DNA from: an uncultured Planctomycetia bacterium
GTDB taxonomy: Bacteria; Omnitrophota; Gorgyraeia; Tantalellales; Tantalellaceae
Reading direction: 5' to 3'
Length of the DNA stretch: 64,000 bases
Assembly: GCA_964527555.1 (NCBI GenBank)
Contig: CAZGOG010000003.1
Span: 4,320 to 68,319 of the forward strand
Positions 45,754 to 54,621 of the stretch are shown piece by piece; positions within the stretch are counted from its first letter, which is position 1; each line of letters begins with the position of its first letter. Made by a program: the position numbers and the translations under genes. The notes under the pieces are model-generated. The model did no database searches. It worked only from the letters and a program-made list of their open reading frames with translations, and was not told where the DNA came from.

Positions 45754-46831
45754 CTTCAAGCATAAAGAAACTGCCATTAAAAGGATAAAGTCTAAACTCC
45801 CCCGGTTGGGTATAGACGCTCTTGCAGTAAGCGCTCAGAGTAATATCGAGTATCTTACGCCGCTTTACGCGGGGGGAGCGCTTCTTCTTATCGCAAGAAA
45901 GGGGCCGCCTCTTTATTTCGTGGACTCGATGAATAAAACTCTTGCGGAAAGAGAGCTTGCGGGAAGTCGCCTGATCGTTCTGGCTTGCGCCGGACCGGTT
46001 TTAGAGTCTTTTGCGGAGTGTATCAAAGATAAAAACATAAAGAAGCTGGGGTTTAACGGGGAGGACTTTTCACTGGCAGGATACAAGAGACTCTCATCGC
46101 TTATCCCGAAGGTAAAACTTATAGATAAGTCTCGAGGCGTTCAGATCTCCTCGGTTTTAAAAGACTTAAGAAGCATCAAGCACCCGGATGAGGTTAAACT
46201 CATCCGTACGATAGCCAGAGAGACGGTACGCCTCTGGCGTCGGGTGAAAAAGAGCATCAGGACGGGTATGAGCGAAAAAGAGATCGCCTCTGTCATCGAT
46301 ATGCATATATACCGGAAGGGCTATGAAAGATCTTTCCCCACGATCGTCGCTATTGGCAAGAATTCCGCGTATCCGCATGCCACACCTGGCGGCAGGCGTC
46401 TAAAGGGAGGGGAACACGTGCTTGTGGATTTCGGAATGCGGCAGGAAGGGTATTGTTCGGACTTGACAAGAATATACTACAAAGGTAGAATAAACCGAAA
46501 AATTGGCCGGTTCCATGAATGCGTACGTAAGGCCCGTGATTTTGCCATAAAAAGCATCGCCCCGGGCGTAAAAATCAGTTCCGTGGCCGAAGGCGTGAAT
46601 AATATTTTTATAAATAATAAGTTCCAGGATTATATCCTTCACGGGCTGGGTCATGGAGTGGGTTTGGATATTCATGAGGAGCCTTCCCTCAGCCAAAAAT
46701 GTCATGACAAGTTCCGCGAAGGCATGGTCATAACGGTCGAGCCGGGACTGTACAAACCGGGTCTGGGGGGTATACGTATAGAGGACATGGTTTTAGTCAC
46801 CAGTAAGGGATGTGAGGTGTTAACGGTATGA
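45743..46831 (+). CDS. M24B Xaa-Pro aminopeptidase / prolidase family
   Basis: Creatinase N-domain plus pita-bread C-domain with metal ligands ([36 protein letters not shown]). Confidence 0.85.
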   Translation: MPSDFKHKETAIKRIKSKLPRLGIDALAVSAQSNIEYLTPLYAGGALLLIARKGPPLYFVDSMNKTLAERELAGSRLIVLACAGPVLESFAECIKDKNIKKLGFNGEDFSLAGYKRLSSLIPKVKLIDKSRGVQISSVLKDLRSIKHPDEVKLIRTIARETVRLWRRVKKSIRTGMSEKEIASVIDMHIYRKGYERSFPTIVAIGKNSAYPHATPGGRRLKGGEHVLVDFGMRQEGYCSDLTRIYYKGRINRKIGRFHECVRKARDFAIKSIAPGVKISSVAEGVNNIFINNKFQDYILHGLGHGVGLDIHEEPSLSQKCHDKFREGMVITVEPGLYKPGLGGIRIEDMVLVTSKGCEVLTV

Positions 46832-47385
46832 TACGAGCGGGACAGTTAAGACAGGGCAGCGTTATAAAATATAATGGCCAGCTTAGTGAAGTTTTGGAAG
46901 CCCGGCACCATAAACCCGGTAAAGGCGGAGCCTTCATCCGCGCGAAACTCAGGAACCTTTCGAGCGGGGCTATAATCTCAGAGACACTCAGGCCCGAGGA
47001 TAACTTTGAAGAGGCATACACCGAGCATCGAGAGATGCAGTACCTCTACAAGGACGATCACGGTTATTGTTTCATGGATGAAGCCACCTACGAGCAGATA
47101 TATCTTTCCGAAGACAAAATAGGCGATAAGATAGATTACCTGAAGGAGAACATGACTGTAACGGCAAAGATCTGCGACGGGAAGCTCTTTGCGGTAGAGC
47201 CTCCGATACATGTTATTCTTAGGGTGGCGGAGACTGAACCCGGGCATAAGGGAGACACCGTTTCGGGGGCGACAAAGCCGGCGACGCTTGAGACCGGAAA
47301 GGTCATAAAAGTTCCTTTATTCGTGCAAACGGGTCAGCTGGTTAAGGTTGATACACGTACGGGTGAATATATAGAACGCGCGTAA
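46828..47385 (+). CDS. efp: elongation factor P
   Basis: 185 aa. The [16 protein letters not shown] loop with its conserved Lys. Confidence 0.95.
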   Translation: MIRAGQLRQGSVIKYNGQLSEVLEARHHKPGKGGAFIRAKLRNLSSGAIISETLRPEDNFEEAYTEHREMQYLYKDDHGYCFMDEATYEQIYLSEDKIGDKIDYLKENMTVTAKICDGKLFAVEPPIHVILRVAETEPGHKGDTVSGATKPATLETGKVIKVPLFVQTGQLVKVDTRTGEYIERA

Positions 47386-47407
47386 ATGAGTATGCGATAA
47401 GAGGGGG

Positions 47408-47857
47408 ATGGTAATGAATATTAAAAAACTAAAAGAACTTGTCGAACTTATGAACGACAATAACCTGACTGAGATCGAGGTTGACGAGGAGGGCATGAAA
47501 GTCAAACTCGTTAAAGGCTTGCACGGGACCATCGAACAGGTGGTTATGCCCGCGGCGAGACAAGCTCCGTCTCTGGCCGCCGAAGCGCCGCCTCAAGCTC
47601 AACCGGAGAGAAAAAACCTCAAAGAGGTCAAGGCGCCTATGGTGGGCACTTTTTATAGGTCCCCGTCTCCCGATGCCAAGGCTTACGTGGAGGTGGGAGA
47701 TGTTGTCCAGACGGGGGACGTCCTTTGTATAGTCGAGGCCATGAAACTGATGAACGAGGTCAAGGCGGAATTTGGCGGCAAGATAGTGGAAATAATGGTT
47801 GAAAACGCCGACCCCGTCGAATACGGCCAGGTCATATTTCTTGTGGAACCTGTATAA
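47408..47857 (+). CDS. accB: acetyl-CoA carboxylase biotin carboxyl carrier protein
   Basis: A/P-rich linker and C-terminal biotinyl domain with EAMKLMNEV. Confidence 0.92.
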   Translation: MVMNIKKLKELVELMNDNNLTEIEVDEEGMKVKLVKGLHGTIEQVVMPAARQAPSLAAEAPPQAQPERKNLKEVKAPMVGTFYRSPSPDAKAYVEVGDVVQTGDVLCIVEAMKLMNEVKAEFGGKIVEIMVENADPVEYGQVIFLVEPV

Positions 47858-47884
47858 TTTCATTAACTTTGCTTTTTAAATCCT

Positions 47885-49237
47885 ATGTTTTCCAGAATTC
47901 TAATAGCTAATCGCGGCGAGATCGCCCTTCGCATCATACGTGCCTGCAAAGAACTGGGGATAAAGACGGTTGCGGTTTATTCCGAGGCTGATGTAAATTC
48001 ACTTCATGTAAGGCTTGCCGACGAGGCGGTATGTATAGGCAAGGCTTCACCGGCATCCAGTTATCTTAATATACCCAGTATTATAAGCGCAGCGGAGATC
48101 ACCGATGTTGAAGCCATACATCCGGGTTACGGATTTTTAGCCGAGAACGCCCATTTTGCCGAGATTTGTGAATCCTGCCGCATAAAGTTCATCGGTCCCT
48201 CGCCTGAGAATATGAGACTTATGGGTGACAAGATGGCTGCCAAGGATACCATGAAAAAGGCGGGCATCCCAGTTATCCCGGGCTCAGATAGCGTCCTTAA
48301 GACAAAGGAAGAGGCGCTTAAAGAATCCAAAAGGATCGGATACCCCATTATTATCAAGGCATCGGCAGGCGGAGGCGGCAAAGGGATGAGGATATGCCGT
48401 AACGATGTCAGGCTCATCAGCGCCTTTTTGACCGCCCAGGGCGAAGCGGAGGCTGCTTTTGGCAACTCTGATGTTTATATGGAAAAATATATCGGAGAAC
48501 CCAGGCATATAGAATTCCAGATACTTGCGGATGAAAAGGGGAATGTCGTCCATCTGGGTGAAAGGGACTGTACCATCCAGAGGCGTCACCAGAAATTGAT
48601 CGAGGAATCCCCGTCGATTTCACTGAATGCGAAACTGCGCAAGAAGATGGGCGAGTGTGCCGTTGCGGGCGCTAAGGCGGTTAATTACATGGGTGCCGGC
48701 ACGATCGAGTTTTTACTGGACGGGGACAATTTTTATTTCATGGAGATGAATACCCGTATTCAGGTGGAACATCCCGTCACCGAGATGGTTACCGGGGTGG
48801 ATCTGATCAAAGAACAGATAAAAGTGGCCGCGGGAGGAAAACTTCCCTTCAAGCAGGAAGACATAAAGGTCAAGGGCGCCGCTATAGAATGCCGGATAAA
48901 CGCGGAAGATCCGGAACATGATTTCCGGCCTTCACCGGGGAAGATATCGGCGCTGACTATACCGGGAGGCCCGGGTGTAAGGGTCGACAGCCACATCTAT
49001 GCGGGATATGAGATACCGCCCTTCTATGATTCTATGATAGCCAAACTTATTACATACGGACATAACCGCAAGGAAGCCATAAAGACCATGCAGAGGGCCC
49101 TGGATGAGTTCGTGATAGAACCGGTGAAGACCACGATTGATTTCCATAAAAAGATTTTAGTTGATTCGAGTTTCCAGAAAGGGGATATATCGACTCATTT
49201 TATCGAACAGTTCTTCCCTAAAAAGGAAGAAAAATAA
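47885..49237 (+). CDS. accC: acetyl-CoA carboxylase biotin carboxylase subunit
   Basis: 450 aa ATP-grasp. [38 protein letters not shown]. Confidence 0.95.
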   Translation: MFSRILIANRGEIALRIIRACKELGIKTVAVYSEADVNSLHVRLADEAVCIGKASPASSYLNIPSIISAAEITDVEAIHPGYGFLAENAHFAEICESCRIKFIGPSPENMRLMGDKMAAKDTMKKAGIPVIPGSDSVLKTKEEALKESKRIGYPIIIKASAGGGGKGMRICRNDVRLISAFLTAQGEAEAAFGNSDVYMEKYIGEPRHIEFQILADEKGNVVHLGERDCTIQRRHQKLIEESPSISLNAKLRKKMGECAVAGAKAVNYMGAGTIEFLLDGDNFYFMEMNTRIQVEHPVTEMVTGVDLIKEQIKVAAGGKLPFKQEDIKVKGAAIECRINAEDPEHDFRPSPGKISALTIPGGPGVRVDSHIYAGYEIPPFYDSMIAKLITYGHNRKEAIKTMQRALDEFVIEPVKTTIDFHKKILVDSSFQKGDISTHFIEQFFPKKEEK

Positions 49238-49276
49238 CTTAAACGCAGTTACTTGTTAATACGAAAAGGGGGAGAT

Positions 49277-49873
49277 ATGAATTTTTTTAAAAGGATTGGA
49301 ATGGTAATCTTTATGCTGCTTATGCTGGCGGTCGGGGTTTTCCTGATACTTATTTCCCTTAATGCGATCTCCCCGCAGCGGCTGGCGGATATGGCCGGTG
49401 TGGTCAATGAGAACATCGCCTGGCAGGCGAGTCTTGGTGCGATCGGCGCTCTTTTAGTTCTGATCGGCATACTCGCGCCGTACCGTCTGGAGAAAAAACT
49501 GAAGAGAAGCAAGATCATCGCTTTTCAGAACCCTGACGGGGAAGTGACTGTCTCTCTTTCCGCTATTGAAGAATACGTCTTAAGAGTCGCAAGAGGCGTT
49601 CACGGCATAAAGGATATCCGGGCAAGCGTCAGCGCCAACAAAAAAGGCATAAATATCGTGGCTAATGTCTCGGTCTCCGCGGGATCGAATATACCCGAGA
49701 TGACGGAGGCGATACAGTCCGAGGTGAAAAACAAAGTGCATGGGATGCTCGGTGTGGAAGAGAAGATAAATATGACTATGCACATCAAAAAGATAACAGG
49801 AAGCGCTGCAGGGGGGCATGCGGGCGGGGAAGCGGAGGAGATTGAACGCGTTCCGTACCGGGAGATGGAATAA
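49277..49873 (+). CDS. Asp23/AmaP-like alkaline-shock family membrane-anchored protein
   Basis: N-terminal TM helix followed by an Asp23-like domain (LSAIEEYVLRVARGVHGIKD...). ATG after GGGGGAG. Confidence 0.55.
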   Translation: MNFFKRIGMVIFMLLMLAVGVFLILISLNAISPQRLADMAGVVNENIAWQASLGAIGALLVLIGILAPYRLEKKLKRSKIIAFQNPDGEVTVSLSAIEEYVLRVARGVHGIKDIRASVSANKKGINIVANVSVSAGSNIPEMTEAIQSEVKNKVHGMLGVEEKINMTMHIKKITGSAAGGHAGGEAEEIERVPYREME

Positions 49874-49898
49874 CGCCCCTAAAAGGGAGAAAAGCATT

Positions 49899-50480
49899 AT
49901 GGACAATAAAGACTTGATAAAAAGTATTTTCAAGGAAAGCTCCGGGGTGAAAGAAGAGTTCCTGTCCGATGAAGCGAATATATCTAAAATCGCAAAGGCG
50001 GCGGAAACTTTAATCGAATGCTACAAGAAGGGCGGTAAAGTCATCGTCTTCGGCAACGGCGGCAGCGCTGCGGACAGTCAGCATTTAGCGGCTGAACTTT
50101 TAGTGAAATTCGAAAAGGAAAGACCGCCCATGGCGGCCATTGCGCTCGTCACCGACACCTCCGTCTTAACGGCGACGTCTAACGATTATGATTTCAGCGA
50201 AGTGTTCAGCCGGCAGGTGGAAGCTTTGGCAGGGGTCTCTGATGTGGCGGTTGCCATATCCACAAGCGGTAATTCTCCAAATGTCCTTGAAGGCGCAAAA
50301 AAAGCGCGCATGAAGAAGATCCCCGTTATTGCCTTAACGGGCCGTTCCGGGGGTCAACTTGCCGGCGAAGCGGATATTTCCATCATTGTTAAAAGCGATA
50401 ATACCGCACGTATCCAGGAAGTCCATGCCGTTATTATCCACTCCATATGCAAAATAGTCGAGGATGCTTTTACGGGATGA
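49899..50480 (+). CDS. gmhA: D-sedoheptulose 7-phosphate isomerase (SIS domain)
   Basis: The GGKVIVFGNGGSAADSQHLAAEL and AISTSGNSPNV SIS motifs. Confidence 0.88.
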   Translation: MDNKDLIKSIFKESSGVKEEFLSDEANISKIAKAAETLIECYKKGGKVIVFGNGGSAADSQHLAAELLVKFEKERPPMAAIALVTDTSVLTATSNDYDFSEVFSRQVEALAGVSDVAVAISTSGNSPNVLEGAKKARMKKIPVIALTGRSGGQLAGEADISIIVKSDNTARIQEVHAVIIHSICKIVEDAFTG

Positions 50481-50953
50481 GAGAAAACAAAATAAAGACA
50501 CAGAGAGATTTACTTGAGATAGTCAAAAAAGAAAAGGCTTCCGGCAAAAGGATAGGTTTTACAAACGGTTGTTTTGATATTCTGCATCTCGGCCATGTGA
50601 AGTACCTGCAAATGGCGAAAAAGGAATGCGACACGCTTATTATCGGCGTGAACAGCGACAGTTCCGTTAAAAAACTTAAAGGTGATGCCAGGCCCCTCAA
50701 CAGTCAGGAAGCCCGTTTAGCCGTTCTTGCTTCTTTGGAATGTGTCGATTATTTAACTGTCTTTGAGGAAGACACCCCGGAAGCTCTAATAAAAGCTTTA
50801 AGCCCCGATACGATCTTTAAGGGCGGGGATTGGCGCGAAAAGGATATAGTGGGATCTGGCCATGTTAAAGGCTATGGCGGCACCGTCAGGGTCATCCCTT
50901 ATGTAGAAGGGTATTCAACGACTGATTTTATTGAAAGGATACGGAAAACTTAG
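50477..50953 (+). CDS. D-beta-D-heptose 1-phosphate adenylyltransferase (RfaE/HldE domain II, stand-alone)
   Basis: Cytidylyltransferase fold: GFTNGCFDILHLGHVKYL. ATGA overlap with gmhA. Confidence 0.88.
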   Translation: MRENKIKTQRDLLEIVKKEKASGKRIGFTNGCFDILHLGHVKYLQMAKKECDTLIIGVNSDSSVKKLKGDARPLNSQEARLAVLASLECVDYLTVFEEDTPEALIKALSPDTIFKGGDWREKDIVGSGHVKGYGGTVRVIPYVEGYSTTDFIERIRKT

Positions 50954-50956
50954 ATC

Positions 50957-51385
50957 ATGGATAAGGGTGTTTACAGGATAATAGATGCGAATCTTAACAG
51001 GGTGATGGAGGCGATACGGGTCTCGGAAGACATTATAAGGTTTTCTTCCAACAACGAGGCTTTGACCCAGAAACTGAAAGATTTAAGGCATAAAGTCTTT
51101 GAGGCGATAAAAGACCTGCGGAAAGAGCATCTTGAAGAACTCGTCTCTTCAAGGGATTTAAATGACGTGGGAAGGAAGTCCTCCGAATCCGAGAAACGCA
51201 GAGAGGACTTAGTGGACCTTTTCCTGGCAAATACCCAGCGGGGGAAAGAGTCACTGAGAGTTTTAGAGGAGGTGCTGAAGCTATTTGACCAGGATTTATC
51301 CCAGAAATTCAAAAGGTTCCGGTTCAAGCTCTATGAGATCGAAAAAACAGCTGTTAAGGATCTGGAAAATATATGCGGTTCTTGA
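50957..51385 (+). CDS. ThiD2-like helical protein (domain that occurs N-terminally fused to ThiE in some bacteria)
   Basis: N-terminus YRIIDANLNRVMEAIRV resembles that domain as I remember it. 142 aa. The 3' end overlaps the thiE reading frame. Confidence 0.45.
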   Translation: MDKGVYRIIDANLNRVMEAIRVSEDIIRFSSNNEALTQKLKDLRHKVFEAIKDLRKEHLEELVSSRDLNDVGRKSSESEKRREDLVDLFLANTQRGKESLRVLEEVLKLFDQDLSQKFKRFRFKLYEIEKTAVKDLENICGS

Positions 51386-51977
51386 CGCCAGTCTCTTTCC
51401 GGATACCGGAAAGCTTCTCAGGAAGTTCAAGGCTTTACTTGACAGTCCCGTAGATGCTATACAGCTCCGGTTCAAGGATTTTACGGATCTTTCTCTTTAC
51501 CGGGCTGCGGAGAAGATGGCCGCCCTTTCAAAGGCGAGATGCGTTCCTTTGATCATAAACGATCGCCCCGAAATAGCGCTCTCTTTGGGGGCAAGCGGCG
51601 TGCATCTGGGGAAGAGCGACATATCCATTTCAGCTGCCCGTAGACTCCTCGGAGGCAGCGCCATAATCGGATGCACGATCAGAGGACCGGAGGACCTGGA
51701 CTCCCTTATAAGAAGAAATGCCGATTACGTTTCTGTGGGGCCGTTTTTCCGCACGCCTTTAAAACCGGAGCTTAGGGCTGTATCCCGGAAAAAGATCCGA
51801 GAACTCGTAAGAAAGGCGGGAATGCCGCTTATTGCTATAGGGGGGATAAACAGCACTAACATAAGAGAGGTCACTTCTTGCGGTATTCATGCGGTGGCAT
51901 TTGTCCGCTACGCTGCCGGAGAGACAAACACACGCGGGAAAATAGAATTATTAAGAGATGCAATGACTGCGAGTTGA
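51333..51977 (+). CDS. thiE: thiamine-phosphate synthase
   Basis: IYAVLD..., IQLRFKD, IINDR, HLG, GGIN are the ThiE TIM-barrel motifs. The start is uncertain: ATG at 51333 or 51285, both overlapping the ThiD2-like ORF in another frame. Confidence 0.8.
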   Translation: MRSKKQLLRIWKIYAVLDASLFPDTGKLLRKFKALLDSPVDAIQLRFKDFTDLSLYRAAEKMAALSKARCVPLIINDRPEIALSLGASGVHLGKSDISISAARRLLGGSAIIGCTIRGPEDLDSLIRRNADYVSVGPFFRTPLKPELRAVSRKKIRELVRKAGMPLIAIGGINSTNIREVTSCGIHAVAFVRYAAGETNTRGKIELLRDAMTAS

Positions 51978-51978
51978 T

Positions 51979-53256
51979 ATGATAAAAATAGACCAGAGGC
52001 TTCTTAAGAAAGCCATTAAAAACGAAGATGCCGGATTAAAAGAGACGAGGGAAGGCATACAGTCGGGATGGATAGTCGTGCCCAAGAACCGCAGGCACGA
52101 AGTAGAAAAACCTTGTGCTATAGGCAAGGGCATGACCACCAAGATCAACGCAAACCTGGGTCTTTCGCCTGGATATTCAAGCATCAGTCTTGAGATGAAA
52201 AAGATGGAAGTCGCCGTCAGGTTGGGTTCCGACACGGTGATGGATCTTTCGACTGGGCCGCTTCTGGGGAAGCTCCGCAGGAAGATACTTTCCGACTGCC
52301 CTGTTCCGCTCGGCACTGTTCCGATTTATGAAGCGGCATGCCAGAAAAAGAAGAAGTTTCTTTCCATGAAAGAAGACGACTTTTTAGCGGTGATCCAGAA
52401 GCAAGCCGAGGAGGGGGTGGACTTCTTTACCGTACATTCCGGCATAACTCTGGAAGCGGTGCGTTTCGCAGAGAAGAACCCGCGTATTATGAACATAGTA
52501 AGCCGCGGAGGGGCTCTTTTGGCGTCATGGATGATGGTCACCAAACGCGAGAACCCGTTTCTTTCAAGGTTCGATGATATCATCAAGATCGCAAAGAAGT
52601 ACGATATCGTGCTGAGTCTGGGTGACAGCCTCCGCCCCGGAGCTATTTCTGACGCGACGGATCACCTCCAGCTGGGCGAACTTCTTGTCCTGGGACAGCT
52701 CCAGGAGAAGGCTTTTTCTCGAGGCGTCCAGGTCATGATAGAGGGTCCGGGGCACGTGCCTCTCGACCAGATCGAAGCCAATGTAAAACTGGAAAAGTCT
52801 GTATGTCACGGTGCGCCGTTTTATGTGTTGGGTCCCTTGGTGACTGATGCCGCTAGCGGCTATGACCACATATCCGGCGCTATCGGCGGGGCGCTTGCCG
52901 CCTGGTACGGTGCGGACTTTTTGTGCTATGTCACTCCCGCGGAACACTTGCGTCTGCCTGATATCGAAGACGTCCGTCAAGGCGTCATGGCTTCAAAAAT
53001 AGCGGCACATGCCGCCGATATTGTAAAAGGTATACCCTCGGCACTAAAACGCGATGAAGAAATCTCAAAAGCCAGAGCCAAACGGGACTGGGAAAAACAG
53101 TTCGCTCTTTCACTTGACAACGAGCTGCCGAGGAAGGTAAGAGAAAAATCACTTCCGGATATCGAAGATGTCTGCACCATGTGTTCGGAATATTGTTCCA
53201 TCAAACTGACCGAGGAAAGTCTCGCACTCGGCAAGAAAAAAAAGAGAAGGGAATAG
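51979..53256 (+). CDS. thiC: phosphomethylpyrimidine synthase ThiC (short form)
   Basis: Radical-SAM-like HMP-P synthase. C-terminal CTMCSEYCS Fe-S cysteine cluster and conserved core. Confidence 0.92.
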   Translation: MIKIDQRLLKKAIKNEDAGLKETREGIQSGWIVVPKNRRHEVEKPCAIGKGMTTKINANLGLSPGYSSISLEMKKMEVAVRLGSDTVMDLSTGPLLGKLRRKILSDCPVPLGTVPIYEAACQKKKKFLSMKEDDFLAVIQKQAEEGVDFFTVHSGITLEAVRFAEKNPRIMNIVSRGGALLASWMMVTKRENPFLSRFDDIIKIAKKYDIVLSLGDSLRPGAISDATDHLQLGELLVLGQLQEKAFSRGVQVMIEGPGHVPLDQIEANVKLEKSVCHGAPFYVLGPLVTDAASGYDHISGAIGGALAAWYGADFLCYVTPAEHLRLPDIEDVRQGVMASKIAAHAADIVKGIPSALKRDEEISKARAKRDWEKQFALSLDNELPRKVREKSLPDIEDVCTMCSEYCSIKLTEESLALGKKKKRRE

Positions 53257-53261
53257 CTCTT

Positions 53262-54161
53262 ATGCGTCTTACAGTCATAGGATCGGTAGCTCTTGACAGT
53301 GTAGAGACGCCTTTCGGGAAACGCAAAGAAGTCCTGGGAGGTTCGGCGACTTATGCGTCGCTCAGCGCTTCTTTTTTTACGCCGGTTAATCTTATAAGCG
53401 TGGTTGGAACGGATTTTCCAGAAAAATATATTGAAATATTCCGCAAGCGGGAGATTGATACGGCGGGGCTCCAGAGAAAAAAAGGCAAGACGTTCCGGTG
53501 GAAAGCCAGGTACCACTATGATATGAGTTATGCAGAGACCTTGAGCACACATCTTAACGTGTTCGAGGCCTTCCGCCCTCAGGTACCCGAGAGCGTAAGG
53601 CCCAAGGATAATCTGCTCCTGGCCAACATCGACCCTGAACTTCAGAGTTATATCTTTGAAAAGATAAAACCCAAAGGTCTGGTCGCATGCGACACGATGA
53701 ACCTCTGGATAGAGCATAAGAGGAAGGACCTCTGTAAGCTTCTCAAGAAAGTGGACCTCTTTCTTCTTAATGATGCGGAGGCGCGCCAGCTTTCGAACGA
53801 GAAAGATCTACTGGATGCGGCAAGGTATATTTCTTCAAAAGGCGCAAAGATGGTCGTTATTAAAAAAGGCGAACACGGTGCGCTTTTCTTCTCAAGGGGC
53901 CTCAGGTTCATAGTCCCGGCGTACTTGCCTGCAAGGCTTTCAGATCCTACAGGCGCCGGTGACACCTTTGCAGGCGGGGTGATAGGATGTATTTCCAAAG
54001 AAGGAAAAGTCACCGATAAGGTCTTGAGAAGATCATTGGTCTATGGTAGTATACTCGCGTCTTTTACTGTCGAAAAATTCAGCGCAGAAGGTCTTTTAAA
54101 GGCGACGCAGAAAGAAATAAATACCAGATACAGACATTTTGAGAAGCTGACAAGATTTTAG
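53262..54161 (+). CDS. PfkB-family (ribokinase-like) kinase
   Basis: The DPTGAGDTFAGG PfkB signature 2 and an N-terminal ViGsvalD motif. Function (sugar, heptose or pyrimidine kinase) not resolvable by eye. Confidence 0.8.
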   Translation: MRLTVIGSVALDSVETPFGKRKEVLGGSATYASLSASFFTPVNLISVVGTDFPEKYIEIFRKREIDTAGLQRKKGKTFRWKARYHYDMSYAETLSTHLNVFEAFRPQVPESVRPKDNLLLANIDPELQSYIFEKIKPKGLVACDTMNLWIEHKRKDLCKLLKKVDLFLLNDAEARQLSNEKDLLDAARYISSKGAKMVVIKKGEHGALFFSRGLRFIVPAYLPARLSDPTGAGDTFAGGVIGCISKEGKVTDKVLRRSLVYGSILASFTVEKFSAEGLLKATQKEINTRYRHFEKLTRF

Positions 54162-54234
54162 CGAGCGTGGTTCAATGGTAGAACTCCAGCTTCCCAAGCT
54201 GGTAACGGGGGTTCGATTCCCCTCGCTCGCTCCA
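54161..54234 (+). tRNA. tRNA-Gly (anticodon CCC)
   Basis: 74-nt cloverleaf folded by hand: acceptor GCGAGCG/CGCTCGC, D-arm GTTC-AATGGTA-GAAC, anticodon arm CCAGC-TTCCCAA-GCTGG, T-arm GGGGG-TTCGATT-CCCCT, encoded CCA. Confidence 0.85.
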
Positions 54235-54504
54235 GATTTTTAATCCGCCGGGAAAGAAACGGGATTTTTTAATATATCACGGTAAGATTTGACCGAGTTT
54301 TACCCATGCACCAGAAGGCCACGCCCGTAAGGGCGTGGATGAATGGCCTTCGGTGCAGTCTTTCCGCTTGACGGAAAGACTGAAACTGTGGATGCCATGG
54401 GCGTTAGCCCATGGAGCTTCACGTGTGAACGGTAAAGCGGTTGTCAAGGATATTTTTTTGATTCCGGGGAGGAATTATTTCAGAAAAAAACCGGAGTTCT
54501 TGTG

Positions 54505-54533
54505 TTGACAGTGATCATTAAATAATATATTAT
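54505..54533 (+). promoter_or_regulatory. consensus sigma70-type promoter (TTGACA-17 bp-TATTAT)
   Basis: -35 TTGACA at 54505-54510, -10 TATTAT at 54528-54533, about 88 nt upstream of the ATPase gene. Confidence 0.5.
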
Positions 54534-54621
54534 GTTCGTCTCGTGTTTTTGGAATAGATTATTTTATTTTTAAACAATCAAGCGTGTGAAGAATATACGC
54601 CTAGTTCACTAATATCTAATC

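Noticed and set aside
49818-49898. Upstream extension of gmhA from the track ORF start at 49818 (MRAGKRRRLNAF...)
   Set aside because: It overlaps the amaP-like gene end and encodes an Arg-rich non-homologous prefix. The SIS-domain protein begins cleanly at the ATG at 49899 (MDNKDL...).
50954-50960. Looked for a TPP riboswitch (THI box CTGAGA...) upstream of thiD2/thiE/thiC
   Set aside because: There is no intergenic space: the thi genes abut the heptose genes (3-nt gap). No THI-box-like sequence was recognised anywhere in 49.2-52.0 kb. Absence is noted under findings rather than annotated as a feature.
54235-54620. Searched for an integrase gene or a direct repeat of the tRNA-Gly 3' end flanking the ATPase/phosphoesterase module
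   Set aside because: No integrase/recombinase ORF and no obvious copy of the tRNA 3' segment (GGTTCGATTCCCCTCGCTCGCTCCA) were seen between 54235 and 57800. The island hypothesis is therefore kept as a finding to be tested rather than annotated as a mobile element.
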